Source: an uncultured delta proteobacterium (GTDB taxonomy: Bacteria > Myxococcota > Myxococcia > Myxococcales > Anaeromyxobacteraceae). From it: a stretch of DNA of 64,000 nucleotides. Under the pieces are notes generated by a model. It saw only the letters and a list, made by a program, of their open reading frames with translations, was not told the origin of the DNA and did not search any database. The stretch covers positions 222,732 through 286,731 of the forward strand of contig CAVYBH010000002.1 in NCBI GenBank assembly GCA_963766715.1, written 5' to 3'. Each line of letters opens with the position of its first letter. Positions within the stretch are counted from its first letter, which is position 1. A program made the translations under genes and the position numbers. Shown here in pieces: positions 1 through 9,617 of the stretch.

Positions 1-2
1 TC

Positions 3-131
3 CTCGCCGGCTCGTGGGCTCTCGAGCAGCTCTGGATGTTCTGGGTCGCCCCAATCATCGGAGCCCTCATCGCCGGCGGCCTCTACTCCTGGCTCGGCGG
101 CCACGGCGCCCAGGTCACCGGCGACAAGTAG
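3..131 (+). CDS. aqpZ: Aquaporin Z, C-terminal end (gene starts before the window)
   Basis: Manual translation LAGSWALEQLWMFWVAPIIGALIAGGLYSWLGG...* matches the AqpZ/MIP last helix (QLWxFWVAPIxG). Confidence 0.85.
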   Translation, partial: LAGSWALEQLWMFWVAPIIGALIAGGLYSWLGGHGAQVTGDK

Positions 132-147
132 GTGAGGCCCTCGCGCT

Positions 148-521
148 CTAGGCAGGCTGCCGCTCGCCCGGCTGAACGTCCGTCGGGCGGCGGCGGGCGC
201 GGCTTCCCGGGCCCCGTCTCCGCCGAGGCGGCGCGCGAAGTCCGCGTCGATCTCGCCGAAGCGCACGCCCATCGTCCCCATCAGGCTCAGGCGCGGATTG
301 CCGGGGCGCGCCCAGACGACCTGGCCGGAAAAGAACGCCTCGCGGCCGTCGAGGTGGATCGTTCCATCGACCGGGGTGCCGGCCGGAAGGACGCGCATCA
401 TGCCGGTGCAGAAGCCCCCGGCGCTGACGTTGACGGTCAGTGAGCTGCCGCGGCTGGTCACGACCCGCAGCCGGACGCGGCGGCGGGGATTGCTTCGGAT
501 GACGTTGCCCGTACCGGACAT
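148..521 (-). CDS. Stand-alone PilZ-domain protein (putative c-di-GMP receptor); 3' end uncertain
   Basis: Not in the ORF track because there is no in-frame stop in the window. MSGTGNVIRSNPRRRVRLRVV...VNVSAGGF...GQVVWAR...MGVRF has the RxxxR and NxSxxG motifs. The TAG at 148-150 is out of frame, so an indel is likely. Confidence 0.75.
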
Positions 522-615
522 GAGTGACCCTCGAACCTGGGACCTTATCTCATTATCTGTACGATTCCAGGTCTTTGGGAATGCCGCGGTTGGGGAGTAA
601 GCGAAAGTTTCCCCG

Positions 616-846
616 CTAGCCTTCCGACCACGGCACGTCGACGGTGACCCTCGTCGTCCTTGCCCCCACGGTATGTGGCTCGATCCGCGGGTGCTTCTCC
701 CCGGGCCACTTGCCGCTGCTCAGGTCGAGCGGGGCCGGTCTCAGGTAGACCTGCCGCTTGCAGTGATCGCACACCACGTCGTCGCCGGGCTCCAGGTGCG
801 GAACCGGGCGCCAGGACCCAGCACACTCGAGGGGTTCGGTCGCCAT
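616..846 (-). CDS. Small Cys-containing hypothetical protein (76 aa, CDHC)
   Basis: ORF with protein-like composition; TAATCT -10 box 6 nt upstream of the ATG. Confidence 0.6.
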   Translation of the reverse strand: MATEPLECAGSWRPVPHLEPGDDVVCDHCKRQVYLRPAPLDLSSGKWPGEKHPRIEPHTVGARTTRVTVDVPWSEG

Positions 847-971
847 TCCCGCAGATTAGCCCCACGGCCTGCGCGCACGCGAGGCGCGGCGCGTCATGAG
901 CGGGGAACGTCGGGAGGCTCCCCCGCCGAACGGGTCAGGGGAGGCGCCCCGCGCTCCTGTCGGGCCCTACG

Positions 972-1433
972 CTAGCGGGTCGACCACGCCCAGCCGGTGA
1001 TCCGCCAGCCCGCCGCCGTCTTCTGCAGTGCGACCGTGAACGTCGACCCCTTCTGGGATTCCTTCTTCCCGTTCTTCTTGAAGTCGTAGTTGACCGGGTT
1101 GACCACGTAGGCGCGGTCCCCGTCGATGTCGACGTGCCTGGGCTTCTGGAGGGTGACGACCGAATCGGAGATGCCGTTCTTCTTCGCCATGGCGTCGAAG
1201 TCGTTCGCCCAGTCGGCGCAGGCCGTCGGCCCCTGCCAGGCGTACGGGGCGAACTCGTCGACGACGGACACGGGAGATGCGCAAGCCGCGAGCGCGCTCT
1301 TCACGTCCCCCTTGTTGAAGCCGTCGATGAACTGCCGAACCGTGGCGAGGACGTCTGCCTGGTCTGCCTTCGTCGCGGCGGCGGCAGGGACGGCCAGCAG
1401 TCCGATGGCGAGTGCGGCGGCGATCTTGCGCAT
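972..1433 (-). CDS. Secreted NTF2/SnoaL-like (DUF4440-type) protein
   Basis: Signal peptide MRKIAAALAIGLL; 'VRQFIDGFNKGDV...GDRAYVV...GWRITGWAW' NTF2-fold pattern. Confidence 0.75.
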   Translation of the reverse strand: MRKIAAALAIGLLAVPAAAATKADQADVLATVRQFIDGFNKGDVKSALAACASPVSVVDEFAPYAWQGPTACADWANDFDAMAKKNGISDSVVTLQKPRHVDIDGDRAYVVNPVNYDFKKNGKKESQKGSTFTVALQKTAAGWRITGWAWSTR

Positions 1434-1638
1434 GTCGTTTCCCTCTCGGTGGGTGCAGCCAGATCCCGGGAGTCCGGGGCGCGCCACTCATACGGTCCGC
1501 GAACCCGGCCCGCTACCCCGCCGCGCACACCACGAGTGAAAAACATCCTTTACCGGGAGGCGGGTCCGAGGAACCCACCCCAGAGCGACGACCGTCGCCC
1601 GTCGCGGGGCGAGGTAGCATCCCATTCCTCGATCCCGG

Positions 1639-2976
1639 ATGCGCGCGCCTCTCCGCTACGCCATCGCCGCCTTGGTGGCGGCCCTCGCCACGGCCCTGAA
1701 GCTCGCGCTCTCGGCGTACATCGTCCCGACCTTCATCCTCGCCTATCCGGCGGTCATGCTGGCGGCCGCGGTCGGAGGGCTCGGGCCGGGCATCCTGGCC
1801 ACCGTCCTGTCGGCGGCCATGGCCTGGTACTGGGTGATCCCTCCCCAGCGGGACTTTCACCCGCTCTCCGTCCAGGAGGGCTCCAGCCTGGCGCTCTTCG
1901 TCCTCATGGGGATTCTCGTCAGCGCCATGGCCGAGCGGCTCCGCCGGAGCCGGAGTCGCGTCGGGGTGCTCGAGGCCGAGCGGGCCCTCCGGGCCGCGGA
2001 GGCCAAGTTCCGCACCTACGTCGAGGCGTCGCCCGACGCGCTCTTCGTCGCCGATGGCCGGGGCCGGTTCGTCGACGGAAACCCGGCCGCGCTCGCGATG
2101 CTGGGCATCGACCTCCAGGCCCTGCAGGCGAGCAAGATCACCGACTACGTGCGGGAGGCGGACCAGGAGGCGACCCGCCTCAAGTTCGGCGTGCTCACGT
2201 CCGAGGGGCACGTCGAGTACGACCGGAGGTTCGTGCGTCCGGACGGTCGCGAGGTCTGGGCCCGCGTGCGTGCGGTGAAGCTGTCGGACGACCGCATGAT
2301 GGCCTTCTGCCGGGACATCACGGAGCAGGTGGCGGCGGAGGAGGAACTCCGGCGGCGCGAAGCCAGGCTGCGGGCCTACTTCGAGTCCCCTGCCGTCGGC
2401 GTCGCCATCTCCGGCGCGGACATGCGCTGGCTGGAGGCCAACGACTTCGTCTGTGAGATGTCCGGCTACACGCGAGCCGAGCTCCTCCGCCTCAGCTGGG
2501 TGGAGCTCTCGTACCCGGACGACCTTCCCTCGGATCTCGCGGCGTTCCAGCGGCTGCTGCGGGGCGAGACCGACCGCTACACGGTCGACAAGCGGTTCAT
2601 CCGCAAGGACGGGTCAATCGTCTGGGCGATGGCGTCCGTGAGCTGCGTGCGGGGGGCGGACGGCGGCGTGGATTGCGTCATCGGGATCTTCAAGGACATC
2701 ACGGAACGCAAGCGCACGGAGGTCGCGCTCCGCTCCGCGAAGGTCGAGAACGAGAAGCTCATCGGCGAGCTGCGGTCGGCCCTCCAGAGCGTGAAGACGC
2801 TCTCCGGCCTCCTCCCCATCTGCATGTACTGCAAGAAGATCCGGAACGACACGGGCTACTGGGATCGCATCGAGCACTTCATCTCCACGCACACCGAGGC
2901 GCGTTTCAGCCACGGGATGTGCGGGGACTGCGCCCGGACGCACCACGCCGAGCTCTTCCCGGGCGAGAAGTCCTGA
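1639..2976 (+). CDS. Membrane sensor: DUF4118-like TM domain, two PAS/PAC domains, C-terminal Cys/His domain; no kinase domain
   Basis: Four TM helices; two PAS-PAC repeats ending in DITE; C-terminal LLPICMYCKKIR...YW...FSHGMCGDC. Confidence 0.85.
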   Translation: MRAPLRYAIAALVAALATALKLALSAYIVPTFILAYPAVMLAAAVGGLGPGILATVLSAAMAWYWVIPPQRDFHPLSVQEGSSLALFVLMGILVSAMAERLRRSRSRVGVLEAERALRAAEAKFRTYVEASPDALFVADGRGRFVDGNPAALAMLGIDLQALQASKITDYVREADQEATRLKFGVLTSEGHVEYDRRFVRPDGREVWARVRAVKLSDDRMMAFCRDITEQVAAEEELRRREARLRAYFESPAVGVAISGADMRWLEANDFVCEMSGYTRAELLRLSWVELSYPDDLPSDLAAFQRLLRGETDRYTVDKRFIRKDGSIVWAMASVSCVRGADGGVDCVIGIFKDITERKRTEVALRSAKVENEKLIGELRSALQSVKTLSGLLPICMYCKKIRNDTGYWDRIEHFISTHTEARFSHGMCGDCARTHHAELFPGEKS

Positions 2977-3116
2977 GTGGTGGGAGGCGCGCCCACATCG
3001 TGGCCGCGTGTGGGGCGGTGAAGGTAAAAAACCCTGCCTCGTCATGGTCTTACGCGTGAAGTCGCCTCCCCGTAGGTTGGTCCGCGAGCACACGTCGCTC
3101 GGGAGGGGACCCCGCC

Positions 3117-3893
3117 ATGGACCGTCGGTCGCTGTCATTGCTCGTCGTCGTCGCCGCTGCCGCCGCAGCCTGCGGAGGCTCGTCGTCGGCCCCGGCCGCC
3201 GGGAGCCCTCCGGCAGGCCAGGCGATCGTCGTGGCCACGGCGCCGCTGGAGGCCGACGTCCAGCCCGGTGGATCGGTGAAGTTCACCGCGCGTGTGACCG
3301 GGACGGCGGATGGCTCGGTCACGTGGTCCGTCGACGAGGCGAACGGCGGAACCATCGACCCGGCCGGGGTCTACACGGCGCCTGCCGCCGAGGGCACCTT
3401 CCACGTGCGCGCCGAGCATGCCTCTACGGCGAGCGCGAGCGGCGCGGCTTCCACGACGAACGTGGGCCCGTCCACCTCGCTGAAGAAGGGCGGGACCACC
3501 AGCGTCGTGCGGGTGGGGAAGGGCGGGGCGGCCCAGGCAGTCGCCCTCTCCCTCAGCCCGGCCACCGCGAGCCTCGACGCCTGCAAGGGACAGGTCCTCG
3601 TCGCCACCGTCTCCGGCGCCAGCGACACGAGGGTGACGTGGTCGGTGGCCGAGGCGGGCGGGGGAACCGTGACGAACGGCATCTACACCTCCCCCCAGGT
3701 CCCGGGGATCTACACGGTGGTGGCCACCAGCGTGGCGGATCCGACGAAGACCGCCCAGGCCACCATCACCGTGGGCCCGGAGAAGGTGCTCTCGATCGCG
3801 GTCGATCCGGGGAACGGGACCGCCCTGCCGAGCGGGACGCTTGCGCTGGCCGCGACAGTGACGACGAGCTGCGGCACGTTTCCGGCGAGGTGA
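3117..3893 (+). CDS. Lipoprotein with Ig-like repeats
   Basis: Lipobox AAAC; two repeats of VTWSV.E..GGT....G.YT.P...G...V.A. Confidence 0.75.
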   Translation: MDRRSLSLLVVVAAAAAACGGSSSAPAAGSPPAGQAIVVATAPLEADVQPGGSVKFTARVTGTADGSVTWSVDEANGGTIDPAGVYTAPAAEGTFHVRAEHASTASASGAASTTNVGPSTSLKKGGTTSVVRVGKGGAAQAVALSLSPATASLDACKGQVLVATVSGASDTRVTWSVAEAGGGTVTNGIYTSPQVPGIYTVVATSVADPTKTAQATITVGPEKVLSIAVDPGNGTALPSGTLALAATVTTSCGTFPAR

Positions 3894-3924
3894 CGCCCGG
3901 TTCACGGGATTCGGGCCACGCTCC

Positions 3925-4203
3925 CTAGCAGGCGGGTTCGCGGACGGGCATCGACATCAGGCGGCGGAGGTCGCCGCTCATCCGGTTCCAGTGGGCGAGC
4001 AAGGAGTCCGACGAGATGCGGGCCACGCGTCCCCGTCTCCCGTCGCCGGAGGTGAGGAACTCCACCCCGTCCGGCGCGGCGCCGCCCAGCCCGACGATCG
4101 TGAGGAGGAGCGACCTGCCCTCCACGGCGAGCACCCGGGCCAGCACGGCCCCTTCCGCTCCGCGCAGGCCCCACACGGTTCCGACCCAGGACGAGCCCGA
4201 CAT
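3925..4203 (-). CDS. Hypothetical protein (92 aa)
   Basis: GGAGAGG RBS-like sequence upstream of the ATG; fills the intergenic gap. Confidence 0.5.
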   Translation of the reverse strand: MSGSSWVGTVWGLRGAEGAVLARVLAVEGRSLLLTIVGLGGAAPDGVEFLTSGDGRRGRVARISSDSLLAHWNRMSGDLRRLMSMPVREPAC

Positions 4204-4407
4204 CGCGGCACCTCTCCATCACGGCAGGGACGACGCCTCCACGATTCCAGCGTAAGACGCCGGGGCCGCCTTTCCATGGACCAAGCCGGGGCGACCTGAT
4301 CAGGGGCCGGGTTCACCCGGGGAGGGGGCCCCGCCCGGGCGTCCTTCGTCGGGGGGTTGAGCTTTGTACACCTGTGGTGAACCATGTGCTGCAGGGGGAG
4401 GCCGCCG

Positions 4408-5253
4408 ATGATCGAGTGCCTGGTGCTGGTGCTGCTCCTCGCCGTGCCTCCGGATCGGTACGACACGGTGGTGCTGAAGAACGGTGGCATCCTCCGCGGC
4501 TCGGTGGTGCAGGACGTCCCGGGTGCGGCCGTCGTCCTCGAGCTGCCGGACGGGACGAGCTGGACGATTCCGCGAGCCGAGGTCGCGCAGATCGACTACG
4601 CGCGGAACGCCCCGCCGCCACCGCCCGAGGACGTCGTCGTTCCGTCTCCGGAGCCCGGGCCATCCGAGGGCCCCGCCCCGCCACAGGAGCAGGTCTCGAT
4701 GCTCCAGCTGGGCGTCTCGATCGGCCTCGCGGTGCCGGTCGGCCAGCTGGACGCTTCCGGACTGGGCCTTGGCTCGGCGGTGAGCCCGCAGATCACCTTC
4801 ACGTTCGAGGGATCCTTCCGTCCCGTCGCGCCGCTCGAGCTGGGGCTCTACCTGCTGCTCGGCGCGGGCAGCACGTACGGGCCGATCAACGGCTACTGCC
4901 TGGCTGCCGGGGGATGGTGCGACGCCCTCGACCTGAGCGTGGGGCTCTTCCCGCGCTGGAGCTTCCTTCCGGGGGGGCCCGTCAATCCGTGGGTGATGGT
5001 GAGCGGGGGCTTCGAGTGGATGTCGGCGATGAACGACTACCACGACAGCTTCGACTACACCGGCTGGCAGGTGGGAGCCGCGGTGGGACTCGACCTCCGG
5101 TTCGGCCCGGGCATCAGCGGCTCGTTCGCGCTGGGGACGCGGTGGGGCCAGTTCACGTCCCTGTCCGTGACCGGGCTCCTGCCGAGCCTTCCCTTCTCCC
5201 CCGCGACGCACGGGTGGATCGACCTCGGCTTCCGGACCAGCTACGGGTTCTAG
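4408..5253 (+). CDS. Outer-membrane beta-barrel protein with a small N-terminal domain and Pro-rich linker
   Basis: Signal-like N-terminus, DTVVLKNGGILRG domain, amphipathic beta strands, terminal Phe (SYGF). Confidence 0.7.
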   Translation: MIECLVLVLLLAVPPDRYDTVVLKNGGILRGSVVQDVPGAAVVLELPDGTSWTIPRAEVAQIDYARNAPPPPPEDVVVPSPEPGPSEGPAPPQEQVSMLQLGVSIGLAVPVGQLDASGLGLGSAVSPQITFTFEGSFRPVAPLELGLYLLLGAGSTYGPINGYCLAAGGWCDALDLSVGLFPRWSFLPGGPVNPWVMVSGGFEWMSAMNDYHDSFDYTGWQVGAAVGLDLRFGPGISGSFALGTRWGQFTSLSVTGLLPSLPFSPATHGWIDLGFRTSYGF

Positions 5254-5517
5254 TCACGAGGGTCCAGCAAATGGCGAAGGCCCCATGGACCTCGGGGCCT
5301 TCTGGTCGGCGCTCCCCCCGGCGCCGATCGGGTCCTGTCACCGCGACGACGACGCTAGCACCCCGCACCCCGAGCGACGACCCCACGATCGCGGGAACCC
5401 GCCTCCAAGGACATCCACCGTCCGCCTCCCCCCATGGGCGGATGACGGTCGATCATGGACTGGGGCCCCGCACGGCCCGCTGGCTAGGCTGGGACGCAGG
5501 ATCTCGAGAGGTGCGCC

Positions 5518-5715
5518 ATGGCCGAGGGTCCAGGAACGCCCGTATCGCCAGAAGGCTGGGAGACCGACGACCTGTCCCGGATGCGTCGCGTCCACGACGA
5601 CCTCGAGCGCGAGTACCGGCTGATCCCGGAGGGCCACTACCGGCGCCAGGCCGGGGGGAGCGTGCCCAGCCTGATCGAGCGCGCCCCGGGTCGAACCTCC
5701 CGCGGAGAGCCGTGA
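5518..5715 (+). CDS. Microprotein family A, copy 1 (65 aa)
   Basis: RBS GAGGTG; strong similarity to 11403-11588. Confidence 0.8.
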   Translation: MAEGPGTPVSPEGWETDDLSRMRRVHDDLEREYRLIPEGHYRRQAGGSVPSLIERAPGRTSRGEP

Positions 5716-5738
5716 GCGGACTGATACACTCCCGCGCC

Positions 5739-6361
5739 ATGGAGGCGGCCTGAACCGAGCGACGTGGATCGGGCTGGATGCCGGCGCGCTCGCCCTGGCG
5801 GCGCTCCTGTGGGCCGAGGTTCGCGACCGGCCGGTCGCGCGTGGCCTCGCCAAGACGGCCTGCGCGCTGGCCTTCGTGGGCGTGGGCCTGGCCGGCGGCG
5901 TTCACGGAAGGTACGCAAGCCTGGTCGTCGCGGCGCTGGTGCTGTCCGCGGCCGGCGACGTCCTCCTCCTCGCCCGGGCCGAGCGGGCCTTCCTGGCGGG
6001 CCTGGGGTCGTTCCTGCTGGCTCACCTGGCGTACGCGGCGGCGTTCGCACCGATATCCAGCCGCCCGGCGATGCTCCTGCCCGTGGTCGTCGCCACGGTC
6101 GCGGGGGCCCTGGCCTGGCTCTGGCCGCACCTCGGTGCGATGCGCCTGCCGGTCGTGGCCTACTGCACGGTCATCGGCGCGATGGTGTGGCTCGCGCTGG
6201 GAGTGCCCGACCCGCTCGTCCGGCTGGGCGCGCTGCTCTTCTTCGTGTCCGACCTCTTCGTGGCGCGCGGCCGGTTCGTCCGTCCCGGGAAGGTGAACCA
6301 GCTCGTGGGCTGGCCGCTCTACTTCGGCGGCCAGTTCCTGCTGGCGCTCTCGGCGGGGTAG
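5739..6361 (+). CDS. YhhN/TMEM86 family lysoplasmalogenase-like membrane protein
   Basis: SAAGDVLL, GLGSFLLAHLAY, GALLFFVSD and PLYFGGQ motifs. The frame is open from ~5750; the start is either CTG 5750 or ATG 5739 plus an indel. Confidence 0.8.
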
Positions 6362-6454
6362 GTCGGCTACGCCTTGCCTGGCGTCGGCTGGACACGGCGC
6401 AGCGAGGTCGTTATGAAGCCGGCCGAAAATCCACTGCGAGGGCTTGGCAACGGC

Positions 6455-6697
6455 ATGGCAAGAAGCACCAAGGGCAGGAGCGAGCGGTTCACGGTGCCCG
6501 AGACGTGGCGCCGGATCGTGAAGTGGAACGAGCGCCAGGGCGGCAAGCCGTACGACGTGCTGGTGTGCGGGCACGCCGTTCCGGCGAGCGACACGGCCTT
6601 CCGGAGATTCCGTGCCTGCCCCGACTGCCGGCTGACGGTCCAGCAGTACGCGAATCAGGTCGCGGACCCGTCCCGAGACCGGTCCCGAGCGGCCTGA
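6455..6697 (+). CDS. Small putative Zn-finger protein (CGH...CPDC)
   Basis: DVLVCGHAV...RACPDC; start could instead be 6413. Confidence 0.65.
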   Translation: MARSTKGRSERFTVPETWRRIVKWNERQGGKPYDVLVCGHAVPASDTAFRRFRACPDCRLTVQQYANQVADPSRDRSRAA

Positions 6698-6700
6698 TCC

Positions 6701-6874
6701 TCAGTCGCTGCCCAGGTACGTCCCCTCACCGAGCGCTTCATCGACGCATACGCACGTGCCGTCTCCGCCGTCCTGGCCGCGGCGTTCGCATCGACTGCAA
6801 TCGCGCGCCTCGACCGTGATCTCGATGGGGCCGTGCTTCAGGAGCGTCCACGTCTCGATGCTGTCCTTGTCCAC
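6701..6874 (-). CDS. Microprotein family B, copy 1 (57 aa, CxxC...CxC)
   Basis: GGAGG RBS and GTG start; MDKDSIETWTLLKHGPIEITVEARDCSRCERRGQDGGDGTCVCVDEALGEGTYLGSD. Confidence 0.8.
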   Translation of the reverse strand: MDKDSIETWTLLKHGPIEITVEARDCSRCERRGQDGGDGTCVCVDEALGEGTYLGSD

Positions 6875-6949
6875 GACACGCCCTCCGGGTCGGAGTCCAC
6901 GGAGAGGTGACACGCGGATGGGCGGGGAAGGGTCACGTTTCGCGACCCT

Positions 6950-7111
6950 TCAGGTCGGCAGGTCCCCGAGCGCCTCGTCGACGCAGACGCAGGTTCCCTC
7001 CGCGCCCTCGTCGGTCACCCGCCGGCATCGCGGACATTCGCGCACCTCGACGGTGATCTCGATGGGACCGCGCTTCTGGTTGTTCCAGTTCTCGATGTCT
7101 TCGCTGTCCAA
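6950..7111 (-). CDS. Microprotein family B, copy 2 (53 aa, CxxC...CxC); absent from the ORF track
   Basis: AAGGGG RBS and TTG start; manual translation MDSEDIENWNNQKRGPIEITVEVRECPRCRRVTDEGAEGTCVCVDEALGDLPT*. Confidence 0.8.
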   Translation of the reverse strand: MDSEDIENWNNQKRGPIEITVEVRECPRCRRVTDEGAEGTCVCVDEALGDLPT

Positions 7112-7296
7112 GGCGGCCCCTTCGCGCAGGCTCGACAGGAGAATGACACGCAGCGACGGTGTAAAGATGCACTTATCCGCAGGTTCGCCATCTGGACACC
7201 CTCCGGCGCCCGAAACCCACCGGCCGTCCCCCGGCCCACCGACACGGCCTGGGGCCCTTGCTGCACGTGCAACGTCCCGTGCCTACCATGCGAGGG

Positions 7297-7479
7297 ATGG
7301 GAACGAGGACTCCAGTCGAATGCGCCCAGGATCTGAGGTCGAACCGGGCGGAGTTCCAGGCCGGCCGCGTGTCGCGGCGCGAGCACCTGGCGTTCGCGGA
7401 GGCGATCTGGATGGACCTGCTGACCCGGGGGCTCGCCGACGAGCTCGTCCGGGAGATCGGGAAGGCGGAGGCGAAGTAG
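7297..7479 (+). CDS. Small helical hypothetical protein (60 aa)
   Basis: TACCAT-N7-ATG leaderless signature; amphipathic helix pattern. Confidence 0.6.
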   Translation: MGTRTPVECAQDLRSNRAEFQAGRVSRREHLAFAEAIWMDLLTRGLADELVREIGKAEAK

Positions 7480-7520
7480 GCGACCCTGGTGCTAGGCTCT
7501 CCCGTGCAGGAGGAGCGACC

Positions 7521-8083
7521 TTGCCCGAAGGGTCCACGAGCGCATCCGGAAGCGCCGGCGCGTCCCGGCGCAGAGGAGCCGCGTCCCGCAGGAAGGCCCT
7601 CGTCCTGTGCGGCGCGATCCTCCTGGCGGCAGACGCGGTGCTGCTCGTCGGAACCGTGGCGGGACATCAGCGCGCCACCGACACCCTGGCCAACCAGCTG
7701 GGCTGGAGCGCGATGTCGGAGGACCCCGACGTCGCGCGCTGGGTGGCGAGGTGGGCCTCCTACCTGGACGCAATCGGACTCGCCGCCCAGGTCGGGGCCG
7801 TGTGGTTCGCGATGAGGTGGACGCGCTGGAGGGAGGAGCCTGCCGGTACCTCTCGAAGCCCCGGCGCCGTGGTCGTCCTCGTCACGGCCCTCCTCTGGAC
7901 CCTGGGCAACGCCGCCGGCGTCCTGTTCGAGCTCGGGGCGGGAGGGGACGAGGGGATGGCGAGCGTCGGGAATCCCTGGTCGGCTGGAGAGCCCTGCTCG
8001 ACCTCGCCAACGCGGTCGCCCTGGCCGCGGCCTGGAGATGGCGCCCCTGGCGCAGGCCACTCGCGGCCGCGCTCGCGGCGTGA
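7521..8083 (+). CDS. Hypothetical membrane protein (about 4 TM), frameshift near 7975
   Basis: AGGAG RBS and TTG start; hydrophobic helices split between ORFs 6756-8741 and 7607-8083. Confidence 0.5.
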
Positions 8084-8105
8084 CGCCGGCCGTGCCTGGC
8101 GCCGT

Positions 8106-9108
8106 TCACCCCCCAATCCCCATCATCGGCAGGAGCACCAGCCGGGCTCCGGCCTCGTCCATGTGGTGACGGTCCTCCTTCCGTCCGAGCGCCCGCCGCA
8201 CCGCCGCCGCCAGCTCGCCGTCCGAGGCGCCCGCGCGCAGGAGCGCGCCGAGGGGCTCCCGGTCCTGGCCCCCGAGGCAGGCCTGGAACTCCCCGCGGGC
8301 CGTCACCCTGCAGCGATTGCAGCGCTCGCAGAAGTTCTCCGTCAGGGCGCCGATGAACCCGACGAGCCCGGCGGCGCCGGTGGACGGGTCCCGTCCGAGG
8401 AGGTGGTGCGCCGGGCCCCACCCGCGGGTGGCATCCGGCTCGAGCGCCAGCCCCTGGGCCCGCAGGAGGGCCTTCAGCTCGCTCGTGGGCACCGGTTCCC
8501 CGGCGCCGAACGGCATGAGCTCGATGAAGCGCGGGACCGCCCGGCGGCTCCACGCGAAGCGAACGAGGTCGGCGGCCTCGCCCTCGTTGACGCCGCGGAT
8601 CACCACGGTGTTGATCTTCAGCGCGGCGAAGCCCGCGGCGGCGGCGGCGTCGATGCCGGCCAGGACCCTGGCCAGGTCGGCGCCCCTGCCGCTGATCCGC
8701 GAGAGCTTTCCCGGCGTCGAGGGTGTCGAGCGAGACGTTGACGGCGCCGACACCGGCCCGGCGGAGCGGCGCCGCGAGGTCTCCCAGGCGCTGGCCGTTC
8801 GTCGTCAGCGCCACCTCCTCGATGCCCGGAGTCCGGTGAGCCGCCTCGGCGATCTCGACCAGGTCGCTCCGCAGCGTGGGCTCGCCTCCCGTGAGGCGGA
8901 CCCGGCGGATGCCCAGCCGGGCGAAGAGCCGGATCAGCCGGGCGATCTCCTCTCCCCGGAGGAAGTCCCGCGCGTCCGAGTGGGCCTCGGGGCTGCAATA
9001 GCTGCAGCGGAAGCCGCACCGATCGGTCACGGAGAACCGCAGGTAGCTGATCCGGCGCCCCTGCCGATCCGTGAGCGGGTCCGCGCGCGAGAGTCGAAGA
9101 TCCGGCAT
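8106..9108 (-). CDS. moaA: GTP 3',8-cyclase MoaA (one frameshift near 8705)
   Basis: YLRFSVTDRCGFRCSYC, RLTGGEP, RFIELMP, FCERCNRCRVT...C and C-terminal IGG; split across two ORFs. Confidence 0.93.
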
Positions 9109-9139
9109 GACCGCCCTCCACCCGGCGCCCGATCCCCCG

Positions 9140-9469
9140 CTACGGGATCGTGAGCGACGTCACCTGGATGACCGAGCCCTTCTTCTCGCCGGTCACGTTC
9201 ACCCGGATGTGGTCCTTGTGTCCCGTGGCCTTCAGGGCCGACAGGGCCTTCTCGTCTCCGGCCTTGTCGAGCGGGATCCAGGTGCCGTGGTCGAGGATTC
9301 CGTACCCGGTGCCCGAGCACTGGAGCAGGCAGGCCTTGGTGTGGGCATCGGGGTCCGCCTTCACCTTCTCCGCACAGCTGTGATCGATCAGGGGAACGTT
9401 CTCCCAGGTGGTCGCCAGGGCCAGCACCGGAAGTGCGCTCAGCAGGGTTGCCACGATCAGCTTCCTCAT
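9140..9469 (-). CDS. Small secreted Cys/His-containing protein
   Basis: Signal peptide MRKLIVATLL; DHSC...HTKACLLQC. Confidence 0.7.
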   Translation of the reverse strand: MRKLIVATLLSALPVLALATTWENVPLIDHSCAEKVKADPDAHTKACLLQCSGTGYGILDHGTWIPLDKAGDEKALSALKATGHKDHIRVNVTGEKKGSVIQVTSLTIP

Positions 9470-9617
9470 GACTGCCTCCTTGCTCACGGGTCCTCTTCTC
9501 GACCTCGTGCACGAGGGCGAACTAGCGACGCCGGGGCGCCGTTCAAGGAAATGACGGCCCGGACCTCACGAGGGGGCGAAGGAATGTTGACGATGGCGGG
9601 GAGGGTTCCGCCTGACG

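Noticed and set aside
8106..9108. moaA as a pseudogene
   Set aside because: A single extra base in a GGGAAAG run with all motifs intact is more consistent with a sequencing indel.
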